From contig JAGQJT010000001.1 in assembly GCA_020430505.1 (NCBI GenBank), positions 7,629 through 71,628 of the forward strand: DNA of 64,000 bases, given 5' to 3'. A program made the translations under genes and the position numbers. Origin of the DNA: Nanobdellota archaeon. GTDB taxonomy: Archaea > Nanobdellota > Nanobdellia > Pacearchaeales > GW2011-AR1. This document shows, one piece after another, positions 18,017 through 26,270 of this stretch. Numbering within the stretch: the stretch's first letter is position 1; the number at the start of each line of letters is the position of its first letter. The notes under the pieces were generated by a model that saw only the letters and a program-made list of their open reading frames with translations, did not search any database and was not told where the DNA came from.

Positions 18017-18208
18017 TTATCTTCTCTTCTTAACTGCTTTTTTCTTAGCAGGTTTTTTCTTAACTACTTTTTTCTTAGTAACTTTTTTCTTCATTGGTTT
18101 TTTCTTAGTCACTTTCTTCTTAACAACTTTCTTTTTCACAGTTTTCTTTTTTCTAACCACCTTTTTCTTAGTTGTTTTCTTTTTAGCAGCTTTTTTTCTT
18201 ACAGCCAT
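18017..18208 (-). CDS. small poly-lysine protein (KKKV/KKKT repeats), putative nucleic-acid-binding protein
   Basis: The ORF track start is GTG. ATG 18208 (MAVRKKAAKKK...) lies 6 nt downstream of AAGGAGGTG. 63 aa, mostly K. Confidence 0.65.
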   Translation of the reverse strand: MAVRKKAAKKKTTKKKVVRKKKTVKKKVVKKKVTKKKPMKKKVTKKKVVKKKPAKKKAVKKRR

Positions 18209-18214
18209 AGCAAA

Positions 18215-18223
18215 CACCTCCTT
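18215..18223 (-). promoter_or_regulatory. Shine-Dalgarno AAGGAGGTG for the poly-lysine gene
   Basis: The plus strand reads cacctcctt. This is the strongest SD I noticed in the window. Confidence 0.6.
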
Positions 18224-18287
18224 TTAGTTACTAGAACAAAGAAAAAATACTTTATATATTTTTTTATAAAGAAAATTTTGTAAAAAA

Positions 18288-19718
18288 TTATAAATCTTCA
18301 AAATTTATTTCACCGTCGACAAGCTCCCTTAAGATATTTTTCAAATCAGAAAATTTGATTCTCACTTGTTTAGTGGTATCTCTATCTCTAATTGTAACAT
18401 CTTTATTCTTCAAACTTTCTTCATCAATTGTGATACAAAAAGGCGTCCCAATCTCGTCGTTACGAGCATATCTTCTTCCAATACTCCCAGATTTATCATA
18501 AGAAACATTAAATTCTTTTTTTAATTTATCAAAAACTTCTTTAGAGAGCTCTTCGTAATCTTTTCCTTTTACCAAAGGAAAAATTGCTGCTTTGACTGGA
18601 GAAATCTTTGGGTTGAATTTTAGAACAACATTTCCTTTTTCTCCGACGAAGTATGCCTCATATAAAAAAACAAGTAAACTTCTTTCAACTCCAAAACTAG
18701 GTTCACAAATAACGTGTGGCAAAAATTTATCTCTTGTTTCTTCATCAAAAATTCTTAAATCCTTTCTAGAATTTTTTTCATGCTGCAATAGATCATAATC
18801 TCCCCTATCTGCAATTCCTTGAAGTTCTTTCCAACCAAAAGGGAAATTATATTCCAAATCCCAACAGTCTGTGGAATAATGTGCAAGCTCACTTTTTTCG
18901 TGTTGCCTTATTCTAAAATTATCTAGATTGCATCCAAGATTTTTAAACCACAATAAACTTTGAGAAAGCCAATAAGCATGCCAATCTTTTTTTATTATTT
19001 TTTTCTTAAAAGCTTCTGAAATTTTCATTCTCTTTCCTTTCTGATCTTCCGAGGATAAAACAAGAACTTCTATCTCTGGAATCTCATAAGGACATTTTTG
19101 TTTAGGCTTAACAAAATACTCTATTTCCATCTGTTCAAATTCTCTTGATCTGAATAAAAAATTTCTAGGGGCGATTTCATTTCTAAAAGATTTTCCAATT
19201 TGTGCAATTCCACAAGGCAACTTCATTCTTGCGCCTTCAAAAACAGATTTAAAATTTGTGAAAATCAATTGAGCTGTTTCTGGCCTCAAGTAAGCAAAAT
19301 CTTTTTCCCCAACATTTGTTTTAAACATTAATTCAAAATCTTTTGCATTTTCTTCATCAAAACTCCCCCCACAATTTTCACATTTTAACTTACCTAACTC
19401 AGCCTTATCAATCTTAGAAGCTTTTTTACATTTTTTACATTTAACAAAAACATCTGAGAAACTATCAACATGCCCTGAAGATTTCCAAACTTGAGGAGAA
19501 GTGATTATTGACCCATCAATTCCCACAATGTCTTCCCTTCCTCTAACAAAAAAATTCCACCAGGAGGATTCAATATTTTTTTTCAATTCAACACCCAAAA
19601 AAAGATAATCCCAAAATCCGGCAAAGCCCCCATAGATTTCTGCAGAACGAGTTATAAAACCCTTTTTCTTACAAAAGTTAGCCATTTCCTCAATAGAAAG
19701 AACTTCTTTATTTTCCAT
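18288..19718 (-). CDS. glyS: glycyl-tRNA synthetase (alpha2, archaeal/eukaryal type)
   Basis: 476 aa. RSAEIYGGFAGFWDY, FRNEIAPRNFLFRSREFEQMEIEYF, GVERSLL, anticodon-binding C-terminus. Confidence 0.9.
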   Translation of the reverse strand: MENKEVLSIEEMANFCKKKGFITRSAEIYGGFAGFWDYLFLGVELKKNIESSWWNFFVRGREDIVGIDGSIITSPQVWKSSGHVDSFSDVFVKCKKCKKASKIDKAELGKLKCENCGGSFDEENAKDFELMFKTNVGEKDFAYLRPETAQLIFTNFKSVFEGARMKLPCGIAQIGKSFRNEIAPRNFLFRSREFEQMEIEYFVKPKQKCPYEIPEIEVLVLSSEDQKGKRMKISEAFKKKIIKKDWHAYWLSQSLLWFKNLGCNLDNFRIRQHEKSELAHYSTDCWDLEYNFPFGWKELQGIADRGDYDLLQHEKNSRKDLRIFDEETRDKFLPHVICEPSFGVERSLLVFLYEAYFVGEKGNVVLKFNPKISPVKAAIFPLVKGKDYEELSKEVFDKLKKEFNVSYDKSGSIGRRYARNDEIGTPFCITIDEESLKNKDVTIRDRDTTKQVRIKFSDLKNILRELVDGEINFEDL

Positions 19719-19752
19719 AACTTAAGACATTAAAAAGATTATTTAAAATTAT

Positions 19753-20166
19753 TTATTCTCCAAGAACCTTAATTAAAATTATTTTATCTCTTTGGCCATC
19801 AAACTCTCCATAAAAAATTTCTTCCCAAGGACCAAAATCCAATTCAAAATTACTTATGCTCACCGTGCATTCTCTCCCCATAATTGTTCTCCACAAATGT
19901 GCAAATCCATTACCTTCACCAGTTTTATGATGATTATAATCAAATTCTTTTGGCGCAAGTTTCTCAAGCCAAATTTTAAAATCTTTCAAAAGACCAGATT
20001 CATTATCATTTATAAAAACACTTGCGGTGATGTGCATTGGATTAATAAGAACAATTCCGTCTTGAACTCCAGATTCCCTAACTGCCTTTCGAATTTCATC
20101 AGTTATATTCACAAATTCTATCCTTTCTCTTGTGTTAATTTTAATTTTCTTTGTATAAACTGCCAT
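19753..20166 (-). CDS. YjbQ/UPF0047 family protein (secondary thiamine-phosphate synthase-like)
   Basis: 137 aa. HITASVFINDNESGL...YNHH...GNGFAHLWRTIMG...GPWEEIFYGEFDG. Confidence 0.8.
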   Translation of the reverse strand: MAVYTKKIKINTRERIEFVNITDEIRKAVRESGVQDGIVLINPMHITASVFINDNESGLLKDFKIWLEKLAPKEFDYNHHKTGEGNGFAHLWRTIMGRECTVSISNFELDFGPWEEIFYGEFDGQRDKIILIKVLGE

Positions 20167-20209
20167 TTTAGTGTAATTAATTTAATAAATAGAAAGAGAA
20201 TATAAAATT

Positions 20210-20680
20210 ATGGGAAATCCCGCGATAGATGAAAAAATAAAATTTAAGACAGGAATTACAAAAGAGGGAGAATTATATTTGTATAAGGAACTCATAGAAG
20301 AAGCAAATTTAGATAATAAGATAATTATGTTCGGAGGATACTTATGGAGGATACAAAATATTTTAAGAAAAGGAGGGGGAGGAAATTTTGATGAATATAA
20401 AACAGAAGCAAAGAAAGCGTACAATCAAATAATGAAAGGGTTTGAAGAAAAAGGATTAATAGATTATATTAAGACAGGAAATGGAACAACATACCCTCGA
20501 TTGATCGGATACACTCACTATGATGATCCCGAATTCTATGTGAAAATCAGAAGAAAGGGAGATGAGAATTGGACTGGAAGAACCCCAAAAAAAGGTCTAA
20601 ATAGGTTGGAAATTATTAGAGAATTGCATTTTAATTATGAATTTGAGGAGAAAGAATTTGAACAATCTGTATTAAATTAA
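20210..20680 (+). CDS. hypothetical protein
   Basis: 156-aa ORF. No family recognised. Confidence 0.5.
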   Translation: MGNPAIDEKIKFKTGITKEGELYLYKELIEEANLDNKIIMFGGYLWRIQNILRKGGGGNFDEYKTEAKKAYNQIMKGFEEKGLIDYIKTGNGTTYPRLIGYTHYDDPEFYVKIRRKGDENWTGRTPKKGLNRLEIIRELHFNYEFEEKEFEQSVLN

Positions 20681-21235
20681 TCATTTTATAAAATCTAAAA
20701 TTTCCAAGATTTCAGAGACATTATTGAAATGCTCAAGATTTTTCTTTATCAAAATTTTCGAATTAAGTTTTTCTTTAAACTTTTCTGCTTCGTCTAAGTG
20801 CACATAAGGATCATTTGTGGAAAAAATTGAGAAGAAATTATTACAATGGTCCAAAACTCTCTCAAAATGAATTTTCTCTTTTATCCAAGGATGAGCAATT
20901 TCAATTTCTTCTGGCTCCAAATTAATTAAATCGAACCAACCTGCAATAAAAACACAACCTGCAATTCTCTTGTGTTTGTGAAGTTTTTCTAGATACCTCA
21001 TTATTGTTTGGCATCCAATACTATGTCCCACAAAGTAAGTCCTTTCATCAACAGATTCAATATTTTCTTCTAAATATTTCACCCAATCTTCAATTCTGGG
21101 AGATTCAGTATCAGGCATATCAAAACTTTCCACTTCAAATCCTTTTTTTGGAAGTTCTTCCTTGAGCCAGTCGAACCATCCTCCAGATCCAGTTCCGCTC
21201 CATCCGTGTATTAAGTAAACTTTTCCTTTTGTCAT
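20681..21235 (-). CDS. alpha/beta serine hydrolase (RBBP9/YdeN-like family), paralog 2
   Basis: Trimmed to MTKGKVYLIHGWSG (ATG 21235) because the ORF extension runs through tRNA-Cys. VGHSIG nucleophile elbow. Confidence 0.7.
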   Translation of the reverse strand: MTKGKVYLIHGWSGTGSGGWFDWLKEELPKKGFEVESFDMPDTESPRIEDWVKYLEENIESVDERTYFVGHSIGCQTIMRYLEKLHKHKRIAGCVFIAGWFDLINLEPEEIEIAHPWIKEKIHFERVLDHCNNFFSIFSTNDPYVHLDEAEKFKEKLNSKILIKKNLEHFNNVSEILEILDFIK

Positions 21236-21244
21236 TTTATGAAA

Positions 21245-21318
21245 AGCGGAGGACGGGACTCGAACCCGTGAATATCTGCTCTGCAGGCAGACGCAGTAGC
21301 CGCTGTGCCACCTCCGCA
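21245..21318 (-). tRNA. tRNA-Cys (anticodon GCA)
   Basis: Acceptor GCGGAGG/CCTCCGC, anticodon stem TCTGC/GCAGA, loop CTGCAGA, T arm ACGGG-TTCGAGT-CCCGT. Confidence 0.85.
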
Positions 21319-21342
21319 TTAAAATTAAGGAAATAAGAATCT

Positions 21343-21351
21343 ATTTAAAAC
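21343..21351. promoter_or_regulatory. TATA-like box (TATTTAAAA) shared by the divergent tRNA-Cys (25 nt away) and the EamA gene (25 nt to ATG)
   Basis: The only AT-box in the 57-bp divergent gap, at correct spacing for both sides. Confidence 0.4.
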
Positions 21352-21375
21352 TATTTGTTCAATTAAAATAATAAA

Positions 21376-22263
21376 ATGGTGGAGTGGTATGTTTTGTCTT
21401 TAATCTCTGCAGTTTTCTCAGCAGGAGCCGCAATTTCCCAAAAGAAAATTCTCTTCAAAGAATCAGCACTAGGATTTTCATTACTAGTGGCATTGTTTAA
21501 TTTAATCTTAGCGATACCTTTCTTTTTCTTCGTTGAGTACACTACACTAACAACCTCGGGAATATTAGTTTTATTCTTAAAATCCACATTAGGAGCAATT
21601 GCATTCTTATTTGTAATGCTTGGAATAAAAAATTTAGAAATAAGTGAAGCCTTGCCTCTTTTAGTTTTGGCACCTGGATTGGTTGCAATATTTGCATTCA
21701 TTTTCTTAGGAGAAAACATAAACAAAATAGAAATCTTAGGATTAATTCTTTTGATAATTGGAACATACCTTCTATCCTTAAAAGAAAAACAAAAAATAAA
21801 AACTCCTTTCAAAAAAGCCTTCAGTAAAAAAGGCCATTATTACATAATATTCGCTTTGATTATTTTTACCATAACTTCAATCTTAGATAAAGCAGTTTTG
21901 AACAAATTCAAAATTCCTCTAAACGCATTTATGGGTCTTCAGCATCTTTTCTTCGCAATAGTTTTCATAGGATTACTCTTTGTCACAGGAAAGAAAATTG
22001 AATTTAAATCTGCACTAAAAAATTCATGGGCATGGATTGCATTGGTTGCACTTTTTACAATTACCTATAGGTACACCCATCTTTTGGCAATAAAGAGCAC
22101 TTCAGTTGCGTTGGCCTTGTCAATAAAAAGGATTTCGGTATTTCTCGCAGTTGCCGTGGGAGGTGCATTGTTCAAAGACAAGAATCTCATAAGAAAAATA
22201 ATTGCAACGGTCATAATAATTGCAGGAGCATTATTGATAATCAACGGGCAAAACTGGTTATAA
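21376..22263 (+). CDS. EamA/DMT-superfamily transporter
   Basis: 295 aa, about 10 TM, two-fold internal EamA-like repeat pattern. Confidence 0.75.
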   Translation: MVEWYVLSLISAVFSAGAAISQKKILFKESALGFSLLVALFNLILAIPFFFFVEYTTLTTSGILVLFLKSTLGAIAFLFVMLGIKNLEISEALPLLVLAPGLVAIFAFIFLGENINKIEILGLILLIIGTYLLSLKEKQKIKTPFKKAFSKKGHYYIIFALIIFTITSILDKAVLNKFKIPLNAFMGLQHLFFAIVFIGLLFVTGKKIEFKSALKNSWAWIALVALFTITYRYTHLLAIKSTSVALALSIKRISVFLAVAVGGALFKDKNLIRKIIATVIIIAGALLIINGQNWL

Positions 22264-23077
22264 GCGAAATTCCTTTCGCCCTTTTAGTCAAACCTTTTTT
22301 TGCTTCAGGAATATCTTCCCTGAGGGATTCTTTCAAATAATTCAAAACTTTTTTCCTTCTTTTTCTCAAACTCTCTGTTGAATTCACACAAGGTCCACCA
22401 ATACAAGCCCCGACACAAAAATTACAATCTAAAAATCTGGTATTTTTATCAGGCTTATCAAGGAATTTCATCACTCGACTTATTCCATCAATAACTTTTA
22501 TTTCTTTTTTCTTGAGGACATTTTTCAAATGAGCTGTCTTAGAAAGCCCTCCTCCAAGAGGATAAACTTTGGTATAATCATTGTAAAATTTATCAAAGTG
22601 CATCTTTTTCTTTGCATTTAAATTAATTTTATTTTTTTCAAAAAGAGATTTTAATTCTCTGTAATCTACAACATAATCAACAAATTTGGATTTCTTCGCT
22701 TCTTCTTTTTTATAATTACAAGGAGAAATAAACACAGTCTTATGTTTAGGATATACCTTTTTACAAATTTTGGACATGGCAATCATCGGACTATCAACTT
22801 GAATTAAGTTTTTTTTATATTGAGGGTATTTATCCAAAACAACACTAACAACTCCAGGACAAGCAGTAGAAATAAAAAAACCCTCTTTTTGTAATTCTTT
22901 GTAATAGGCCTGATTAACAAGTTTTGCTCCAAAAGTCAACTCAACAACCTTATCAAAACCAAATTTTTTCAAGCCGTAAATCATTCCAGGATATGGAAAA
23001 TCCACGACGAAACTTGGAGCAACCATTGCCACAAATTTTCCTTTCAAAGGGAATTTCAGTTTACGATCTTTTTTCAT
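22241..23077 (-). CDS. minimal [FeFe]-hydrogenase-like protein (H-domain only)
   Basis: 278 aa. FISTACPGVV (cf. TSCCPGW), FISPCNYKKEEA (cf. MPCxxKxxE), FCVGACIGGP (cf. CxGGCxxGGG). N-terminal VAMVAPSF...LKKFGFDKVVELTFGA. Confidence 0.6.
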   Translation of the reverse strand: MKKDRKLKFPLKGKFVAMVAPSFVVDFPYPGMIYGLKKFGFDKVVELTFGAKLVNQAYYKELQKEGFFISTACPGVVSVVLDKYPQYKKNLIQVDSPMIAMSKICKKVYPKHKTVFISPCNYKKEEAKKSKFVDYVVDYRELKSLFEKNKINLNAKKKMHFDKFYNDYTKVYPLGGGLSKTAHLKNVLKKKEIKVIDGISRVMKFLDKPDKNTRFLDCNFCVGACIGGPCVNSTESLRKRRKKVLNYLKESLREDIPEAKKGLTKRAKGISLITSFAR

Positions 23078-23085
23078 ATTAAAAA

Positions 23086-23160
23086 TGCCCCCGACAGGAT
23101 TTGAACCTGCGACCTACTGCTTAGAAGGCAGTCGCTCTATCCAGGCTGAGCTACAGGAGC
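23086..23160 (-). tRNA. tRNA-Arg (anticodon UCU)
   Basis: Acceptor GCTCCTG/CGGGGGC (2 G-U pairs), anticodon stem ACTGC/GCAGT, loop CTTCTAA, T arm GCAGG-TTCAAAT-CCTGT. Confidence 0.85.
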
Positions 23161-23183
23161 ATACTAAGATATATCCAAAGAAC

Positions 23184-23193
23184 TATTTAAAAA
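23184..23193 (-). promoter_or_regulatory. TATA-like box (TTTTTAAATA on minus strand) 24 nt upstream of tRNA-Arg(UCU)
   Basis: Lies in the 39-bp gap between the rnz stop and the tRNA. Confidence 0.4.
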
Positions 23194-23199
23194 GTTTGT

Positions 23200-24108
23200 T
23201 TAAACCTGCACCCAGTACAAATCATCAATCAAAGAGGATTTTTTGAATATTTTTGTAGCTTCTTTCAAAACAGGTTCTGTATTTTTTTCATACCTCTGAG
23301 AAATGTGAGTCAAAATTAATCTCTTAACATCTGCACGTTTTGCAATTTCAGCAGCCTGCCCAGAAGTCAAATGATATCTTCCTCTAGCAAGCTCTTCTTT
23401 TCCATGTTCAAAGGTGGCTTCGCAAACAAGAACATCAGCATTCTTAACAAAAGGAACAATATTTTTATTCAATTTAGTATCTAAAACAAAAGAAACTTTT
23501 TTGCCTTCCTCCTCAAAAGTCAAATCCTTAGATTCGTATTTCTTTCCCTTGAAAACAACATCTTTTCCTTGTTTCAATTTTTGCAGCAAAGGTCCAGGGG
23601 GCAAACCTGAAGATTTCAATTTCTTCTTATCAACTCTTCTTTCTCCCTTTTGGATGAATGAATATGCATTACAAGGCACGTTGTGAAACATTTTTCTTGC
23701 CTCAATGTAAAAATCACCATTCTCAAAAAAAACTCCTTCTTTAGTAACCTCAACTACCTTTATAGGAAACTTGTTTACAAAAGCAAAAGTCTTAAACATA
23801 TTTGCAAGATATTTCTTAGTTCCTTTTGGACCATAAATTGTCAAACCTTTTTGATATTCACTAAAAGCTAAAGTTTGCATCAACCCAGGTAACCCCAAAA
23901 CGTGATCTCCATGCCAATGCGTAATCAAGATTTTTGTAAGTTTGCAAGGATTTAACTTCGCTTTTCTAAACTGTCTTTGAGTTCCTTCGCCACAGTCTAT
24001 CAAAATATTTTCTCCACCATAAGTTAAGAGAATACTCGTGTGATTTCTATCTGCAGTTGGAATCGCACCAGAGGTTCCCAAAAAGAATAGTTTTATTTTC
24101 TCTGCCAT
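23200..24108 (-). CDS. rnz: ribonuclease Z (tRNA 3' endonuclease)
   Basis: 302 aa. FLGTSGAIPT, metallo-beta-lactamase motif ITHWHGDH, C-terminal LILTHIS. Confidence 0.9.
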   Translation of the reverse strand: MAEKIKLFFLGTSGAIPTADRNHTSILLTYGGENILIDCGEGTQRQFRKAKLNPCKLTKILITHWHGDHVLGLPGLMQTLAFSEYQKGLTIYGPKGTKKYLANMFKTFAFVNKFPIKVVEVTKEGVFFENGDFYIEARKMFHNVPCNAYSFIQKGERRVDKKKLKSSGLPPGPLLQKLKQGKDVVFKGKKYESKDLTFEEEGKKVSFVLDTKLNKNIVPFVKNADVLVCEATFEHGKEELARGRYHLTSGQAAEIAKRADVKRLILTHISQRYEKNTEPVLKEATKIFKKSSLIDDLYWVQV

Positions 24109-24210
24109 AGAAATCTATAGAATAATGAGTTTTTAAGATTTATTAAAGTCCAAACTACTTTTGAATCCCTAGAAGTCTACCTTGCTGAAAGATAAGGTAA
24201 AAACGCGGAT

Positions 24211-24456
24211 TTACTTTAATGCAGTTGAAGCAGGAGAAATGTAAATGATTGTATCTCCTCTCAAGAAGGTCAATCCCAAACTTTTCTTTATTTCGCCGTC
24301 TTCCATTTGCTTAACGTTGTCCATTACCAAATTGATATGGATATCGAAAGCCAACAAAGTTCCAACAAACTGTTTATCTCCTTTCAAATGCACCAAAACT
24401 TCTTTACCTTTAGAATTGTTCAACAAGTCCAAAGGTCTTTCAATGCTATTTGCCAT
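24211..24456 (-). CDS. Sm-like archaeal protein (SmAP/LSm)
   Basis: 81 aa. Sm1/Sm2 pattern VLVHLKGDKQFVGTLLAFDIHINLVM...FLRGDTIIYIS. Confidence 0.85.
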   Translation of the reverse strand: MANSIERPLDLLNNSKGKEVLVHLKGDKQFVGTLLAFDIHINLVMDNVKQMEDGEIKKSLGLTFLRGDTIIYISPASTALK

Positions 24457-24548
24457 ACCAAGAACTGCACTAGTTTCTTTATAAATTTTTTCGTGTTGTA
24501 TTTATCACAATAGAAAAAGTTTAAATAAAGATTAAAAAGGACTAAAAT

Positions 24549-24845
24549 ATGGATAATAAAAGATTTCAAGTGTATTTAAAAGAAGTTTATTCTAGACTAA
24601 GTGAAAAATTTCCCTTGGGAGTTGGCGAGAAATATCAAATAGAAAAGAAAGCAAGAGAATTGACATTTCATTACTTAAATAATCCTAACGGGCAAGAGCA
24701 AAACCAATTGGTAGGAATAGAAGATATAATGTTAGCGAGAAAGGTATCCAAAGAAAAAGCAATAGAAATGAGCCTTATTTCAGATGCAGCAATAGATACA
24801 GAAAAATGGTTTGAGAATAATTTCATATTCTCCCAAAACGAATAA
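24549..24845 (+). CDS. hypothetical protein
   Basis: 98-aa ORF in its own slot. Confidence 0.45.
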   Translation: MDNKRFQVYLKEVYSRLSEKFPLGVGEKYQIEKKARELTFHYLNNPNGQEQNQLVGIEDIMLARKVSKEKAIEMSLISDAAIDTEKWFENNFIFSQNE

Positions 24846-24874
24846 TTTATAAACAAAATTTTAATTGAATAAAC

Positions 24875-25237
24875 ATGAAGCTCGGAAGAAAAATAACAGG
24901 AGGAAAGTACAAGAAAGCAAGAAAGAAGAAAAGGTATGAAAGGCCTGGCCAAAAAAAGATAATAAAAATTGGAGATGACAAGAGGAAAACAGATAGAGTC
25001 CAAGGAGGAAATAAAAAAACGAGCCTTCTGAGAGCAAAATTCATAAACGTAAAAACATCAGACAAAAAGATAAAAAAAACCGAAATCAAAAACGTTCTTG
25101 AAACTCCTTCAAACAGATTCCTTGCAAGACAGAACATACTCACAAAAGGAACAATTGTAGAAACAGATCTAGGAAAAGTTAGAATCACAAATAGACCCAC
25201 TCAAGAAGGAACTCTTAACGGAGTTTTAATTGAATAA
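24875..25237 (+). CDS. rps8e: 30S ribosomal protein S8e
   Basis: 120 aa. MKLGRKITGGKYKKARKKKRYE...TKGTIVETDLGKVRITNRPTQEG. Confidence 0.88.
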   Translation: MKLGRKITGGKYKKARKKKRYERPGQKKIIKIGDDKRKTDRVQGGNKKTSLLRAKFINVKTSDKKIKKTEIKNVLETPSNRFLARQNILTKGTIVETDLGKVRITNRPTQEGTLNGVLIE

Positions 25238-25290
25238 TTCTGAAAGCAATTTAAAGAATAGCTTGCCGAAAGCTTTATAAAAGGAAACTA

Positions 25291-25298
25291 TTTATAAA
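25291..25298 (+). promoter_or_regulatory. TATA box TTTATAAA for tfb, with a second copy at 25274-25282 preceded by purine-rich BRE-like cgaaag
   Basis: The proximal box lies 34 nt upstream of the ATG, consistent with a short leader. Confidence 0.5.
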
Positions 25299-25331
25299 CT
25301 TTACTATAAACCAAAATAGGTTCTAAAAACA

Positions 25332-26264
25332 ATGGCTAATGTAAAAAGATGTCCTGAATGTGACAGCGTAAATTTAACTTTTGATTCTCATCTTGGAGAG
25401 ATAATTTGTAATGATTGTGGTCTTGTCGTCGAGGAAAAAATGGTTGACACTGGAATTGATCTTTCTGGAAAATTTGATAAGGGAGAGAAAAAAGGTCGTG
25501 GTGGAGCGCCAATCTCAATGCAAAAATTCGATAAAGGTTTAACAACAAATGTTGGAGAGATTTCTGACATTTATAGATTAGAACCAAAGCAAACCCGTAA
25601 ATTTCTTAGATTAAAAAAATGGCAAGAAAGAGTTTCAACATCAATTGAAAGAAATTTGAGACTTGCAATGGCAGAATTAAGAGTCATTGCCTCTTACTTG
25701 AATTTACCAAATGTTGTCAGAGATGAGGCTTCTAGAATTTACAATTATGTTTTACAGAGAGGCTTAGTTAGAGGTAGAAGCATGGAATCTGTAATTGCAG
25801 CTTGTCTGTATGCAGCTTGTCGTTCTTATAATATCCCAAGAACTTTAGATGAAATGGCAACAGCTTCAGATGTTGAAAGAAAGGAAATTGGAAGAACTTA
25901 TAGGTTCATTATAAGAAAATTAGGCATAAAGGTAAAACAATCCTCTCCTAAAGATTATATCTCTAGATTCTCTTCAGTGTTAAAATTATCCCCAAAAACG
26001 CAAAATGAGGCATTAAGAATCCTTGATCAAGCAAGAGATGTTGAATTGACCTCTGGAAGAGGGCCTGCAGGAATTGCGGCAGCTGCTCTTTATGTTGCGG
26101 CTTTAATAAACGACGAGAAAAAAACACAAAGAGAAGTTGCAGACATTGCGGGAATTACAGAAGTCACAATCCGTAATAGATATAAAGAATTGATTGAAAG
26201 ATTAAACCTTGAAGAGAAAATCAAGCAAAAAGAAACCGAATCGAAGACAAAAGACAAAAAATAG
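25332..26264 (+). CDS. tfb: transcription initiation factor IIB (TFB)
   Basis: 310 aa. Zn ribbon CPECDS...CNDCG, B-reader, two cyclin folds (SVIAACLYAACR..., AGIAAAALYVAAL...). Confidence 0.93.
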   Translation: MANVKRCPECDSVNLTFDSHLGEIICNDCGLVVEEKMVDTGIDLSGKFDKGEKKGRGGAPISMQKFDKGLTTNVGEISDIYRLEPKQTRKFLRLKKWQERVSTSIERNLRLAMAELRVIASYLNLPNVVRDEASRIYNYVLQRGLVRGRSMESVIAACLYAACRSYNIPRTLDEMATASDVERKEIGRTYRFIIRKLGIKVKQSSPKDYISRFSSVLKLSPKTQNEALRILDQARDVELTSGRGPAGIAAAALYVAALINDEKKTQREVADIAGITEVTIRNRYKELIERLNLEEKIKQKETESKTKDKK

Positions 26265-26270
26265 GATGCA

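Noticed and set aside
18017-18217. Periodic ~24-nt repeats (ttttttcttag...) that at first glance resemble a small repeat array
   Set aside because: The period is a multiple of 3 and lies within an ORF preceded by a strong SD. There are no unique spacers, so this is a coding lysine repeat and not a CRISPR array.
19792-20205. 137-aa plus-strand ORF
   Set aside because: It is antisense to the clearly recognisable YjbQ-family gene and has no recognisable features.
21236-21319. N-terminal extension of the hydrolase ORF (MRRWHSGYCVCLQSRYSRVRVPSSAFHK)
   Set aside because: This stretch is simply the translation of tRNA-Cys on the same strand. The family-typical N-terminus MTKGKVYLIHGW starts at 21235.
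21363-21812. 149-aa minus-strand ORF
   Set aside because: It is antisense to the well-supported EamA transporter gene. Mirror-frame ORFs are common in AT-rich DNA.
24671-25200. Two overlapping minus-strand ORFs (110 and 117 aa)
   Set aside because: They are antisense to the hypothetical gene and rps8e. They are F/L/S-rich mirror translations of K/E-rich coding sequence.
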